Shown here: one piece after another, positions 31,396-33,000 of the stretch | Position numbering within the stretch: position 1 is the stretch's first letter | Layout of the letters: each line of letters starts with the position of its first letter | Assembly (NCBI GenBank): GCA_964247055.1 | Contig: OZ176056.1 | Coordinates: forward strand, 4,526,001 to 4,559,000 | DNA: 33,000 nucleotides | Direction of reading: 5' to 3' | DNA from: Paragordius varius | Taxonomy: Eukaryota; Animalia; Nematomorpha | Position numbers and translations under genes: made by a program | Notes under the pieces: generated by a model | Databases searched by the model: none | What the model was told of the DNA's origin: nothing | What the model saw: only the letters and a program-made list of their open reading frames with translations

Positions 31396-31930
31396 CATTC
31401 GGATACAACACATTCATTTTAGTCCTTCGCTTCAAATTAGGGTAGTTAAATACCCCAGGCCTGTTTAAAATTAAATTCTCTAAAAAATATGGAGGGAATC
31501 GAAACATGGCAAAATTTAGCCCTTATATATCATTAATAAACCGAAATATATAAAAAATTTATTCAAAAATTCTTGATATTACTTAATTTAAGCTAAAACC
31601 GAATGGTAAAAATTTGGTCAACGTGGCATGTGTGCACTGGGAAAATTAAGAAATAATATAAAATAAACCGCTTTTTCTATTTCTATCAATGTTAGATGTA
31701 ATTTAAATAAAAAATTAGCTTTAATTTTACCCTTAATCTTTTTGCAAAAATTTTGTAAAATAAAAATGGCGTCGAAGTAGTTTGACATGGAACTTTTCTT
31801 TCAAAACAAAATTTTATTTAGATATTTTGGCAAATATTTTTGTTAGAATAGAAGCAATTTAAATTGGGACCGATTCATTCAGTAGTTTTTTTAAAAATCA
31901 TAACCTAAAATTTGTCTGGGGTATTTAAAT
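31396..31930 (+). mobile_element. piggyBac-like TTAA MITE family A, copy 4, right end truncated
   Basis: TTAA-CATTCGGATACAACACATTCATTTTAGTCCTTCG start. Colinear with copy 2 until tctggggtatttaaat, where homology stops inside the right palindrome. Confidence 0.75.
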
Positions 31931-32129
31931 TCAGATGAAAAGTTTATATAAATCTTTTAGTATAGAAAATTATTTGTAAAATAAATTGAGTGCTGAGTTA
32001 TTAAGGTAATTTCACAAATAAGTTTTTTTACTGCAAATATTTATCACATGTCTAAATTGCAATCGATCGATTAATTTTGCATGTGAGTACAGATTTGATA
32101 AACCGTAATTTTCCAAAATAAGCTGGTGT

Positions 32130-32560
32130 CGTGTCAATGTAAAATAGTCGCGTTTGCGATAAAGGTAAAATGTTTGCGTTATTTAATTAAAAATAAATTA
32201 GGTAATTAAGTAAAAAAGTTTAATCCAATGCCTATGTCTAGTAAAGGGTAAATGATTGACTTAAAAGATTATTTTAATGTTACTTTAAGTAAACCAGTAA
32301 ATGAGATATTTTGGGCGTATCTATTATAAATAAATTTGTTGATATTTGGGCGTGCTGATGTTTTCATAAGAGACCTTATAGATGATAAATAAGCTACAAG
32401 TGGAGAAAACTAATTATAATTTGTGACGTTAATATTGGGATTATAATCAGATATATTAGTGCTGTATTTCAGCCGACGATGATGTATAATACACAAAAGG
32501 CCAGTAAAGAATCTGAAGAAATAAGGGAAAGGAGAATGCTTGACTGATGAGTTACGAGAA
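32130..32560 (+). mobile_element. Possible decayed RTE-like LINE RT C-terminal fragment
   Basis: VAFA near 32148 (cf. LAFADD) and AVFQPTMMYNTQKASKESEEIRERRML near 32460-32545 (cf. VVRPxxxYG..ERxML). Heavily stop-interrupted. Confidence 0.25.
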
Positions 32561-32579
32561 ATATACAGTCATAGATATA

Positions 32580-32695
32580 CCATTTTTAATGCAAAAACAC
32601 CATTTTTTCAAGCAAAGACAATATTTTTTCAACCAAACGCATTTTTTTAAGCAAACCCAACCAACATCTTTTCAAGCAAAAACAACAATTTTTTT
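32580..32695 (+). repeat. Degenerate ~20-nt tandem repeat (CATTTTTTCAAGCAAAAACA-like, about 5 units)
   Basis: Visible periodic ttttcaagcaaa motif. Similar units occur in both orientations at ~23400-23670. Confidence 0.5.
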
Positions 32696-33000
32696 AAATT
32701 AATAAGATTTTTTTTATGCCAATTTAATTATTAAGTATATTTAATTTTAAGATAATATAATAAGGTTTCAGCGAGGAATTATGATTTTTATTGTTATATC
32801 ATTATCATCAATTGATGATATAATTGATTTTCAAACATTTTTAATTTTGCCCATAAGTTGCATTATTTATTTATATTAATTATTTTTTTTCTTCACCTAA
32901 TCAATCTATTCAAGAGTTTCTTTGATTTAGATTATCCTTCTCTTATTATAATTCCTTTTTTTTCAGTTTGCATAAAGTGTTGTTTTTGTTTTATTTAAAC

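Noticed and set aside
31265-31507. Supplied - strand ORF, 80 aa
   Set aside because: Runs through the end of MITE A4; non-coding.
1-33000. tRNA, rRNA or other structured ncRNA genes
   Set aside because: No cloverleaf, rRNA-like or snRNA-like sequence recognised by eye; a covariance-model scan would be needed to exclude them.

Overview
Very AT-rich (roughly 20-25% GC by eye), intron-rich eukaryotic DNA, most plausibly an invertebrate animal. Most entries in the supplied ORF track are not real single-exon genes. Reading GT-AG boundaries on the minus strand gives three layers. (1) A complete 13-coding-exon NDRG/Ndr-family alpha/beta-hydrolase-fold gene (25087->18135, 335 aa), similar from memory to C. 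elegans ZK1073.1-type proteins. (2) Downstream on the same strand, a chain of about 20 short, symmetric phase-1 exons (9-99 nt) that join without stop codons. It encodes a Gly/Ser/Thr/Pro-rich linker, a possible transmembrane terminal exon, an acidic low-complexity block, and a run of 21-nt one-heptad micro-exons that continues off the window edge. This micro-exon gene (or pair of genes) is the most unusual feature. (3) Dense, partly nested non-autonomous DNA transposons: Chapaev3-like long-TIR elements (one with a decayed transposase), a piggyBac-like TTAA MITE (4 copies), CAGT..ACTG TA-target MITEs (4), foldback-like MITEs with tandem subrepeats (3), a hAT-like MITE, a possible Helitron end and decayed LINE RT fragments. 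All calls come from manual reading with no database or RNA evidence. The smallest exons and both ends of the micro-exon gene are the least certain.
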